Source: a virus. From it: DNA of 64,000 nt. The stretch lies in the IMG/VR virus record IMGVR_UViG_3300030103_005357, positions 1-64,000 of that record, one strand, 5' to 3'. The notes beneath the pieces were generated by a model. That model worked only from the letters and a program-made list of their open reading frames with translations, had not been told where the DNA came from and did no database searches. Numbering within the stretch: the stretch's first letter is position 1; every line of letters begins with the position of its first letter. A program made the position numbers and the translations under genes. Shown here in pieces: positions 38,873-46,787 of the stretch.

Positions 38873-39632
38873 GAAAGCCACCAAGAAAAAACTATTCGGA
38901 CCCGATCTTTACAAGAGGGATGAGCATGGTCTCCTAGAGAATGTTGATTACGTCTTTAATGAAGATGGTTCGGTAAATTGGCGAGCTATGATTAAACCTG
39001 AGTTTCTTTACCCAAATCGGGATTGGTTTAATTATAGGAACAAGCCTGTACCAGACTCTTCTGAAGGTTTAGCTGACAATCAGTTACTCATCATGCTTGG
39101 GGGTATTAAAGAACTAGCTCGACTTAGGGGTTTTGAGAATGTGTCATTTGAGATTGATAATGTATCTGAGAGTTACGTTGTCGCTTCTTGCGAAATCCTT
39201 TGGTCTCCTAATTATGAGAGCGGAAAAGAGCGGGTTGGTTATCAAGACGTAGCTAACGCTACACTAGATAATACAGATTCATTTGCTTCAAAATTTTTGG
39301 AGACGATAGCTTGCAACAGAGCTTTCGTACGTTGCGTTCGCAACTTTTTGAATATCCATATTGTAGGCGCAGATGAGATTGATAAGTCCAAAGGCGCTAA
39401 TAATAGCATCTCTGTGGAGTCTGTGGAGGCAGCGGCTACTACACCTATTGGCCTTTTACAAAAAACTTTACTGTCTAAAAAGGGCGTATCCTCATTTGAA
39501 GATTTTATTGAAATGTTGAAGGTGTTTTGGAAGAACGAAACTTATAAAAATGAGGACGTTGCAAAATGGAAGTCTTGGAAAGATATCCCAAGTAAAGAGA
39601 TTCGTAAGCTCATTGGGCTTTTACACAAATGA
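38850..39632 (+). CDS. Putative single-strand annealing protein (Rad52/Sak-like)
   Basis: GGIKELA..G, ETIACNRAFVRCVRNFLNI..ADEI resembles the SSAP core; start moved to ATG 38850. Confidence 0.5.
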   Translation: MSKKKVAKKATKKKLFGPDLYKRDEHGLLENVDYVFNEDGSVNWRAMIKPEFLYPNRDWFNYRNKPVPDSSEGLADNQLLIMLGGIKELARLRGFENVSFEIDNVSESYVVASCEILWSPNYESGKERVGYQDVANATLDNTDSFASKFLETIACNRAFVRCVRNFLNIHIVGADEIDKSKGANNSISVESVEAAATTPIGLLQKTLLSKKGVSSFEDFIEMLKVFWKNETYKNEDVAKWKSWKDIPSKEIRKLIGLLHK

Positions 39633-40090
39633 TTAAAAGAATAGTTAGTGCAGAGCAGTTTAAAAAAGCTGCTGACGATATTTCTGAATATTTAAACCTA
39701 GAGGCGGAAGGTAACAACTATCATTATCTTCTCCCAAATGGAGTTGAATCGATGAAGAAAGCTTTTGCCCATGATAAGATGTTGGTTTTCAATGTATTTA
39801 TGTGGGCTAACCTAAATGATTCAGGTAAATATGATGCAACTATAATCTTTCTAAAGGAGAGAAGCCCAAGGCATGGGTTAGAAATATTCTCAGAATACGT
39901 CTGGCTTTCGAGTAACCCTCATGCTGGCTATAAACTATTAATTACAGCGATAAAATACGCTAGAGATAATGGTTTTGAACATATACAAATGGGTTGCTCT
40001 GAAAAATCCCCAAACAAAGACAAAGTAAAAAGCCTTTATAGAAGGCTTGGATTCATCAAAGATTCAGAAAGTTACATAGCAAAATTATGA
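39629..40090 (+). CDS. GNAT-fold acetyltransferase-like protein
   Basis: GYKLL..AIKYARDNG, SLYRRLGF. Confidence 0.6.
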   Translation: MIKRIVSAEQFKKAADDISEYLNLEAEGNNYHYLLPNGVESMKKAFAHDKMLVFNVFMWANLNDSGKYDATIIFLKERSPRHGLEIFSEYVWLSSNPHAGYKLLITAIKYARDNGFEHIQMGCSEKSPNKDKVKSLYRRLGFIKDSESYIAKL

Positions 40091-40248
40091 GCGGAAAAAC
40101 TTGCAAAAAAATAAGAAAAGCACTATCATTAATCAATGAAGACCCGACATCAAGAAGGAACTACAGAAGATTCAAGCGCCAGTACCAACGTGTCTCATCT
40201 AAACATAAATCAGACTTCATTAAAGCAACAGAGGGACTCTTCCAGTGA
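40087..40248 (+). CDS. Small basic protein (53 aa, below the ORF track cutoff)
   Basis: ATGA-coupled to the GNAT gene; MSGKTCKKIRKAL...EGLFQ. Confidence 0.6.
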   Translation: MSGKTCKKIRKALSLINEDPTSRRNYRRFKRQYQRVSSKHKSDFIKATEGLFQ

Positions 40249-40444
40249 ATGGTCTAGACTGAAGGCTGGAGGCTGTTGGATTAAAAACAGCAAAAAAGGT
40301 GAGACTTATTTATCTGGCTCTGCCACCCTCAGTGAAGAATCTTTAAAAAAGATTGCTGAAAATGGCGGGAAGTTAAATTTTCACATCTATAAGAACGCTT
40401 ACCAAGAGGGTAATCAGCCCACTTATAACTTCTACATACTTTGA
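40136..40444 (+). CDS. DUF736-like small protein, start uncertain
   Basis: GGCWIKNSKKGETYLSG..IYKN..GNQPTY. Confidence 0.5.
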   Translation: MKTRHQEGTTEDSSASTNVSHLNINQTSLKQQRDSSSEWSRLKAGGCWIKNSKKGETYLSGSATLSEESLKKIAENGGKLNFHIYKNAYQEGNQPTYNFYIL

Positions 40445-40746
40445 TTCTTATCCCTGAGTCTTTGGTTCTCCTCTCTCAAGAATTTGATTTCGACTTTCAA
40501 TTCTGTGACTTGGACGGTCAGTTCACTTATTTGAACTCTCATAGCTTCTTTTTCTTCAGAAGAGCTGATAAGCAGGGCTTCTAGCTTGCTTACTCTATCA
40601 ATTAGGTTACTAAGCAGAACTCCCTCTGTTTGGTAGTCTAATTCTTTTATCTGATGTTCGGCTTTTAGCCTCTTACCCATGTAATTCCACAAAGCTCCTC
40701 CGAATAATGCTGATACTACGGATGAGATAATTGTCCAATGATCCAT
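40432..40746 (-). CDS. Membrane-anchored coiled-coil protein (holin-like candidate)
   Basis: N-terminal hydrophobic helix and heptad repeats; GTGTAA 8 nt upstream. Confidence 0.55.
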   Translation of the reverse strand: MDHWTIISSVVSALFGGALWNYMGKRLKAEHQIKELDYQTEGVLLSNLIDRVSKLEALLISSSEEKEAMRVQISELTVQVTELKVEIKFLREENQRLRDKNQSM

Positions 40747-40754
40747 AGATTTAA

Positions 40755-40812
40755 TTACACAATTTATTTTAATTAATATTAAAATATTTCAAAAAATTTG
40801 ATTTAGGTGTAA
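40755..40812. promoter_or_regulatory. Back-to-back GTGTAA elements
   Basis: TTACAC 40755-40760 (minus gene) and GTGTAA 40807-40812 (plus gene) in a divergent gap. Confidence 0.7.
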
Positions 40813-40822
40813 TTAAAATCAA

Positions 40823-41569
40823 ATGGGGGAAACAGATAAAAATCTTGAAGAAGCTACATCTTTGGCTTTAAAATACTGCAACCCAGATGATAGCGAAATC
40901 ATCTCTGATCTTGACAGACATTTGCGAGAGGCAGCTTGGACACTACTCGAAAGAATTAATAATTTAGAGAGTCAAGAATGTGTTTGTGAGGGGTGTGCAT
41001 CTAAGGCCGCAGAAGAGGTAGAAGAAGTTGAATCTACCCCTGAAGAGCAGGAAGAAAACCCAGAAGTAGAAGGTGAATCTTCAGATGATTCTAACCTGCA
41101 AAAGCTTATAGAAACAGATAAAAATAATAAGAGGCTAACAAAAAAATCCAAAAACGTTGCAGTGGGGGCTGGAATTATAGCTGCTACAACTCAAAAAATG
41201 GCAGCAATGGGAACTGCTGGAGTAATGACGATTGCAAGCGGGACATATTTCCAAGCCAAAGCAGCGAAAACGGAAGGTATAGAGATAGCTGTTGTTACAG
41301 AGCAAGAATATGGAGCATTTTCCAAATTCAATAGGTTTACTGAGTCAGTTTTAGGCATTTCGACCTTCGAAGGCATTAGAGAATACGCTGAAAAAGGCTA
41401 TGGCGACATTAAAGGTTCTAACCCTTCTTCTGAGGAGAGCGAAGAAAAAGATGAGCTTGCTGAAGATGAGAGAATAAAAAGAGACAAGGAATTACTTGAA
41501 GCAAGGGAGGATCTCAAAATTAATTCCAATGAGCCTCCTACTGATCCTCCCAAACTATCTGATTATTAA
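40823..41569 (+). CDS. Acidic protein with Ala/Gly-rich hydrophobic segment
   Basis: VAVGAGIIAATTQKMAAMGTAGVMTIASG between acidic regions. Confidence 0.55.
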   Translation: MGETDKNLEEATSLALKYCNPDDSEIISDLDRHLREAAWTLLERINNLESQECVCEGCASKAAEEVEEVESTPEEQEENPEVEGESSDDSNLQKLIETDKNNKRLTKKSKNVAVGAGIIAATTQKMAAMGTAGVMTIASGTYFQAKAAKTEGIEIAVVTEQEYGAFSKFNRFTESVLGISTFEGIREYAEKGYGDIKGSNPSSEESEEKDELAEDERIKRDKELLEAREDLKINSNEPPTDPPKLSDY

Positions 41570-41571
41570 TC

Positions 41572-41766
41572 ATGGAAGAAATATTCGACAAAATTTTAGC
41601 GCCCTATATGTCCTCGCTGCCTGAATTTGTAATCGCGGTAATGGGCATAGTCGGGACACTTGCGTTTTTCGCGCCAGAAGATAGCAAGTTAAGTAGATTG
41701 CTTAACAAAATCACTGGAAGATTGTCAAAATTTAAAGACTACTTACTTAAAAAACTTAAAAAATGA
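41572..41766 (+). CDS. Small membrane protein (holin-like candidate)
   Basis: One hydrophobic helix and a basic tail. Confidence 0.5.
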   Translation: MEEIFDKILAPYMSSLPEFVIAVMGIVGTLAFFAPEDSKLSRLLNKITGRLSKFKDYLLKKLKK

Positions 41767-42497
41767 AAAAATTAATACCCCTGCTATTACCAATATTTGT
41801 TATATCCTGCTTTTGTAAAGCAGCTATTGTCACCTTTACAGGTGGGACAGCAGACTTAGAATCAGGTGGCACTATCATCACAACTACAACTTCTCAAAAT
41901 TATGGGGTCATTAGCTATCAAGAACAATCTGTTATCCTTGAATATGTTTCACCCACCGAAGATTGGAGTTTTCAGACTGTAGGTGATTATTATGATGTGG
42001 GGAATGATGTCATTCACGGTCATTGGACCGCAATCTCTGCTATAGAGATATCTCTTCAAAATAACAACCCTTTCGATTTACAGTATTTTCAAATAACTTC
42101 GAATACTTCTGTTGGTGGGCAACCAGCTACAAATGAAGAAAATATAGGTATTCAAGGCTACTTAAATGGTTCTTCTGTTACGGAGATATACGCTTTACCC
42201 AGCGTAGATTGGGGTGCAGCAAGCACTAGAGATGTTTTCCTGCCCAGCTCTTTTGATAACGTCGATAAAGTAGTTATCTTTGATAGGGGTGTATCAGGAA
42301 CTCACACTGGAAATTCAAGCTGTCCTGAGTGCGGTAATTCAGGTTTCTGTTTTGGGATGGATAATTTTGTGTTTGATGAAGCTGTTCCCAATTCTCTTGT
42401 TCAAGGTAATGGGACTACATTACCAGTAGTCCCAGAAGCTAATTCTTTACTTTTTTTAACTTTATCTTTGCTACCTCTACTCAGAAGGAGGCGCTAA
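41763..42497 (+). CDS. PEP-CTERM-type exported protein
   Basis: Signal peptide MKKLIPLLLPIFVISCFCKAA; C-terminus VPEANSLLFLTLSLLPLLRRRR. Confidence 0.85.
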   Translation: MKKLIPLLLPIFVISCFCKAAIVTFTGGTADLESGGTIITTTTSQNYGVISYQEQSVILEYVSPTEDWSFQTVGDYYDVGNDVIHGHWTAISAIEISLQNNNPFDLQYFQITSNTSVGGQPATNEENIGIQGYLNGSSVTEIYALPSVDWGAASTRDVFLPSSFDNVDKVVIFDRGVSGTHTGNSSCPECGNSGFCFGMDNFVFDEAVPNSLVQGNGTTLPVVPEANSLLFLTLSLLPLLRRRR

Positions 42498-42749
42498 TTA
42501 TTGATTGTAAAGTTCTCGCTCTAACTTCCTATAACGAGCGTCTGAATGCCAAACTTCGTTAGTTTGGGGAGTGTAAACCCCTTCCTCAGTCTGAATCGGC
42601 TGACCCGCCTTGAGCTTCAAGGAAGACGGCTGATATATGTTTAAACTGCTTGTTTTCGGTGAGGAGCTGCCCCCGCAAGAAGTCAGCACGATCATTGGAC
42701 TCATTGTCGCCAATAGCGCGTAGCCTTTCAATTTCTTCGATAAATTCAT
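42498..42749 (-). CDS. Lipoprotein, possible o-spanin (Rz1-like)
   Basis: MNLSKKLKGYALLATMSPMIVLTS-C lipobox followed by a G/S linker; starts inside the upstream gene in another frame. Confidence 0.55.
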   Translation of the reverse strand: MNLSKKLKGYALLATMSPMIVLTSCGGSSSPKTSSLNIYQPSSLKLKAGQPIQTEEGVYTPQTNEVWHSDARYRKLERELYNQ

Positions 42750-42852
42750 TTTTCTGTTTATTATGCTTTTCTGTGATTTCAAAAAACGCAAGTTTGTTCC
42801 TCAAGGCGAGATACAACTCAATGCTTTTTAAGATAGATTTGACCAGAGACAT
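42586..42852 (-). CDS. Helical protein, possible i-spanin (Rz-like)
   Basis: Overlaps the lipoprotein gene; N-terminal helix only weakly hydrophobic. Confidence 0.4.
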   Translation of the reverse strand: MSLVKSILKSIELYLALRNKLAFFEITEKHNKQKNEFIEEIERLRAIGDNESNDRADFLRGQLLTENKQFKHISAVFLEAQGGSADSD

Positions 42853-43025
42853 TACTTTGTTTGTTTTTTACTGTTAAAAATCTCTTTTTCCCCATCATCT
42901 TCTACAACTTTTACTGAGCCAGAGACATATTTGGCACAATTAATTGCTTCATCCTTTAAAAGGTAAGAGTGATGATATTTTTTTCTTTTATCGTATACAC
43001 GATATTTTACTAATTCTTGATTCAT
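42852..43025 (-). CDS. Small hypothetical protein (57 aa)
   Basis: MNQELVKYRVYDKRKK..; TAATG-coupled at both ends. Confidence 0.6.
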   Translation of the reverse strand: MNQELVKYRVYDKRKKYHHSYLLKDEAINCAKYVSGSVKVVEDDGEKEIFNSKKQTK

Positions 43026-43720
43026 TATGGTTTGAATTCTAAAGTTATATTCGCTACAAATGTTTTATCGTCAGAGATCATTCCTTCAATTAGACACTTA
43101 CCTTCTCGCAAGGAAACGCGCTTTCCGTCAAAAAGATACTTCTGTTCATCAATACTGATTTGAGTAACACAAACATTTTTACCTGATTCAACGTTGATTA
43201 TATCATAATCTACAATTTTGTCTTGCAGATGTTTGCTGAGATCATTTGTGCCTACTACTTTAAGCTGTTTTTTCATCTTTTCTGTATTATACCATAGGAC
43301 AGTTTGGTCCTTATTATTTAATATTATAGCTCTTTTATCGTATCTATCTATCCATTTTTTATAAAAATCTACTTTAAATGTCCTTCTAATCTCTGACTTA
43401 AAGTATTTTCCATTTTTTTGTCGGACATGATCTAATATTCCATGAAAAGCTTTTATTTTGGTTGAATTTGAGCCGCGCCTATTACTAAATAAAAACTGTA
43501 TATGATTATAATTTTCACGTTCTTTTAAAAAAACGTAACAAATATCGTCGCAGTAGTAAATCTCACAATCGCTACAGAACTCGTTAAAGTACCTTTTAGC
43601 TGCTGCTACCCTCATAGTTCTAGATCCAGAACAAAAAAAGTTATAAGGCTTAGATCTCAAACAGAAATCGAGAAAGTCATCCCAAGCCTCTTCTTTGTGG
43701 ATTAATTGTTTAATTATCAT
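43025..43720 (-). CDS. Hypothetical protein
   Basis: 231 aa ORF heading the leftward unit. Confidence 0.6.
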   Translation of the reverse strand: MIIKQLIHKEEAWDDFLDFCLRSKPYNFFCSGSRTMRVAAAKRYFNEFCSDCEIYYCDDICYVFLKERENYNHIQFLFSNRRGSNSTKIKAFHGILDHVRQKNGKYFKSEIRRTFKVDFYKKWIDRYDKRAIILNNKDQTVLWYNTEKMKKQLKVVGTNDLSKHLQDKIVDYDIINVESGKNVCVTQISIDEQKYLFDGKRVSLREGKCLIEGMISDDKTFVANITLEFKP

Positions 43721-43760
43721 TTCTACAGGTTATAATAGTAGAAAAGGTGTAATATTAAAC

Positions 43761-45821
43761 ATGGCGGTTGAAGGAAAAAATGAAGTAGCAAGAAGTCTAT
43801 TGGATTTGCAGCCAACTGCAATTCTAGAACTGTATAAACTGTTTCCAGATACGGTGGATTCACCCTCTACCTTCTTGAGTTTTCATGGGGGTTCCATTTT
43901 CGGTGAAAATGTAATTTGGCAAGGTGTACAATACATGCCGATCCCTGTAGAAGCTGGGGGTTTCGGGGTGTTTGGAGATGGAACTTTGCCAAGACCTAAA
44001 ATTAAAGTTGGCAACAATAACAAGATTGTTAGCTATTTTTTAGCTAAATATAAAGATTTTAAAAACGCCCAATTATTTAGAAAAAAAGTTTTTGTAAAAC
44101 ATTTAGATGATGTGAATTTTGAGGGGGCTAACCCTTTTGGATTAGCAAACTCTGATTCTGAAATTTCAGAAGAGAAGTATTACATAGGTCAGAAAACACA
44201 AGAAAACAAATCTTTTGTTGAGTTTGAATTAAATTTACCCTTAGATCTAGATAACTTCGATGTTAATCATAGGACTGTAAATGCCAAATATTGTTATTGG
44301 CAGTATAGGGGGTTAGGATGTCAGTATAAAGGTTTACCAGTAGAGAGGGAAGATGGATCGGCTTTCACTGACACCAATAATAACTTTATAACCTTAAATA
44401 CTAACGAAGAATTTAATTTCGAAAATCGATTTTATCAACACGATTCTGTTTATTCTGTTGGTGAATCCGTTTTTATTGAAGATAAATCAATTATTTTGAG
44501 TACAAATGAACTTGATGAACCTATATTCCATAGAACTTGGTATGTATGCTCACAAGATAATTCAGGGCAGCATCCAGAAGGCAACCCCTCATTTTGGCAG
44601 AAAGATGGTTGTACCAAAAAGATAGAGGCTTGTCAAAAGCGTTTTTCTAGTAAAAGTTTAGTAAAAAAATTCATTGGAGATGAAGAGGCGACATCTGATT
44701 ATTTAAATTTACACAAAACAGGTGCAGCTTCATTTGCTACGATTGATGCGAATGCGACAGGAGCTTTTACTGGAGACTTTTGGACTTTATCAATGTGGGT
44801 TCGCGGAGAAGAACAACACTTTACACAGGGATATATAGACGACAGCCACAATATTCATTTCAATGCTATAACATACACGCTCAAGTGGCGCAACCCCGTT
44901 GTTTTTGCGACTCATGAATTACCGAGAACAGAACAAGTTGGCGATGGTGAGTTTGATGAGGGTAATGAGTTCAAGCCAAATCAAAATGGCACGTTTGGCG
45001 ATGCTAATAGTTTAGTCAGAGCGAACTTACACTTTTCAAGCCGCATAGGTGAAGATCAAGGTGTTTACTTAGATTTAGCCACGCCTACAGAAGATGGGAC
45101 AAAAAACAAATTAACTCAAGTCCCAAGTAAAATAGCATCTAAAGATAAGTTCCATTGCCTTGTTTTTAGAAAAGAGTTTGATTCGACAAACAATAAATCA
45201 ACAATAGATATTCTAGTCAATCCTCAAAAAAACCAATATGGGCATACTGTTTACTCCAACAAATCAAGAATAAATATTGATAACGGTACGGCTGGAGTTG
45301 ATCTTATTTCGTTATTCTCTGACAAAACAGGCGAGTTGGATGACTCGATTTGTTTTGGGGGCGATATAGCCCAAGCTTGCCTTTGGTCAGGCAGACTTAA
45401 TGACGATGAAGTTTGTCACATAGGGTCTACAAATTCAGTATCAGATTTAGAAGTGTTTTTAACTGATGATGGTTTACAAAAAGCGACTCGTAATTACTGC
45501 GATTATCTCCCTCTAAGATACAATGAGGCGACTGGTTACTTATCCCCTCTTACAGGTTCGGATAGGCTTTGTTTTTGGTATGATATGCAGACAGGGTTAA
45601 GCTCTAGTAAGCTTATTCTTATAGACGAGTCTCATAATAATCACGATATGACGGGTTTTGGAACGACAGGAGAATTTGAAAAACGTACGATAGAATATAA
45701 AAAAGGTGAATTTATAGAGTTCGTTCCCAACCAAAACGCTCAATTTAAACTTCCCTTCGGGGGGTTCCCCGGAACAGATGGATTCGATTATAGATCTCAA
45801 GGATCTCAAAACAATATATAA
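43761..45821 (+). CDS. Minor tail protein L (lambda gpL-like) with lectin-like insertion
   Basis: WQGVQYMPIP..GF..LPRPKI, CYWQYRG..C, DGCTK..AC..RF, LPFGGFPG; LamG-like insert (WTLSMWVR..LWSGRL); GTGTAA at 43747-43752. Confidence 0.88.
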   Translation: MAVEGKNEVARSLLDLQPTAILELYKLFPDTVDSPSTFLSFHGGSIFGENVIWQGVQYMPIPVEAGGFGVFGDGTLPRPKIKVGNNNKIVSYFLAKYKDFKNAQLFRKKVFVKHLDDVNFEGANPFGLANSDSEISEEKYYIGQKTQENKSFVEFELNLPLDLDNFDVNHRTVNAKYCYWQYRGLGCQYKGLPVEREDGSAFTDTNNNFITLNTNEEFNFENRFYQHDSVYSVGESVFIEDKSIILSTNELDEPIFHRTWYVCSQDNSGQHPEGNPSFWQKDGCTKKIEACQKRFSSKSLVKKFIGDEEATSDYLNLHKTGAASFATIDANATGAFTGDFWTLSMWVRGEEQHFTQGYIDDSHNIHFNAITYTLKWRNPVVFATHELPRTEQVGDGEFDEGNEFKPNQNGTFGDANSLVRANLHFSSRIGEDQGVYLDLATPTEDGTKNKLTQVPSKIASKDKFHCLVFRKEFDSTNNKSTIDILVNPQKNQYGHTVYSNKSRINIDNGTAGVDLISLFSDKTGELDDSICFGGDIAQACLWSGRLNDDEVCHIGSTNSVSDLEVFLTDDGLQKATRNYCDYLPLRYNEATGYLSPLTGSDRLCFWYDMQTGLSSSKLILIDESHNNHDMTGFGTTGEFEKRTIEYKKGEFIEFVPNQNAQFKLPFGGFPGTDGFDYRSQGSQNNI

Positions 45822-45823
45822 AT

Positions 45824-46213
45824 ATGAAAGATGCTTTACAAGTGATAGTTGATGAGTCGGAATCTAACCCTTTTATAGAAATATGTGGTTTTTTAGGGTT
45901 CGATAGAAAAAAAGAGACTTATGTAGTCCAGAATGAAAAAAATATATCCCAAGACCCTTCAGAGTATTTCATGATTGATCCTCTTAATTATTTAATTTTT
46001 AAAGAGAAGTATGATTTATTAGCGGTTTACCATAGCCACATCAATGCAGATGCTGAACCATCAGAGTTTGACGTAAAAATGTCAAATAATTGCTGCATAC
46101 CATTTTTAATATATAGTATTGAAACTAAAAAATTCAATCTTTTTGAGCCGCAAAATCTAGAAACAGATGTAAATATATATAATAGGTTTAAGGAGGATTA
46201 TGACAATTATTAG
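45824..46213 (+). CDS. Tail assembly protein K-like, JAB/MPN domain only
   Basis: EICG, YHSH..PSEFD; no NlpC/P60 domain. Confidence 0.85.
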   Translation: MKDALQVIVDESESNPFIEICGFLGFDRKKETYVVQNEKNISQDPSEYFMIDPLNYLIFKEKYDLLAVYHSHINADAEPSEFDVKMSNNCCIPFLIYSIETKKFNLFEPQNLETDVNIYNRFKEDYDNY

Positions 46214-46787
46214 ATTACATGGGATTTTAGCTCAAAAGTACGGCGAGGCGTTCGAAATGGACATTGGTAAGTCTAGAGATGTTATTAGAGCTATTGACGC
46301 TAATAGGGATGGTTTTAGAAAAACTATAGTAGATTTACAAAAAGAAGGTTTCTCATACGAAATTTTAGTTAATAAAAAAAGACTTAATAAAAATGAGTTT
46401 TTAAATAGTAAAAAACCACAAGAGATAGATCTTGTGCCGTTTATTGTTGGGTCTGGTATCCACTTATTAGTAGCTGTAACTGTAGCAGTGGTTTCAGCTG
46501 CAATCCAGTATGCTTTAATGGACCCCGGCACTATTGATGGGGGATCAATGACTGTAGGTAAAGATAGCGGTTCGATGATGTTTGCCACTAGCCAAATTAA
46601 TCTTACCGCTCAAGGCTCCCCTCTTCCTATTGGTTACGGTAGGTTAAAAGTTGGGTCAAGCGTGGTTCAAGCTTCAGTTAAGTCGCTTCCACAGACGGCG
46701 GATTCTTTTGAGAGTATGACTAATAACCCTTTTGAAACCACCTACGATGAAGGCTTTGACATTTTTGACTCAAAACGGAAATCATGA
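46200..46787 (+). CDS. Tail assembly protein I-like
   Basis: IRLHGIL..YG, QGSPLPIGYGRLKVGS. Confidence 0.88.
   Translation: MTIIRLHGILAQKYGEAFEMDIGKSRDVIRAIDANRDGFRKTIVDLQKEGFSYEILVNKKRLNKNEFLNSKKPQEIDLVPFIVGSGIHLLVAVTVAVVSAAIQYALMDPGTIDGGSMTVGKDSGSMMFATSQINLTAQGSPLPIGYGRLKVGSSVVQASVKSLPQTADSFESMTNNPFETTYDEGFDIFDSKRKS

Noticed and set aside
40805-40812. AGGTG/GTGTAA as a Shine-Dalgarno variant
   Set aside because: Disfavoured, not excluded: the conserved part includes TAA, which does not pair with the anti-SD, several copies lack AGG, and it marks unit starts only.
45824-46213. JAB protein of a CBASS or ubiquitin-like defence system
   Set aside because: Position between L- and I-like genes identifies it as the gpK equivalent.
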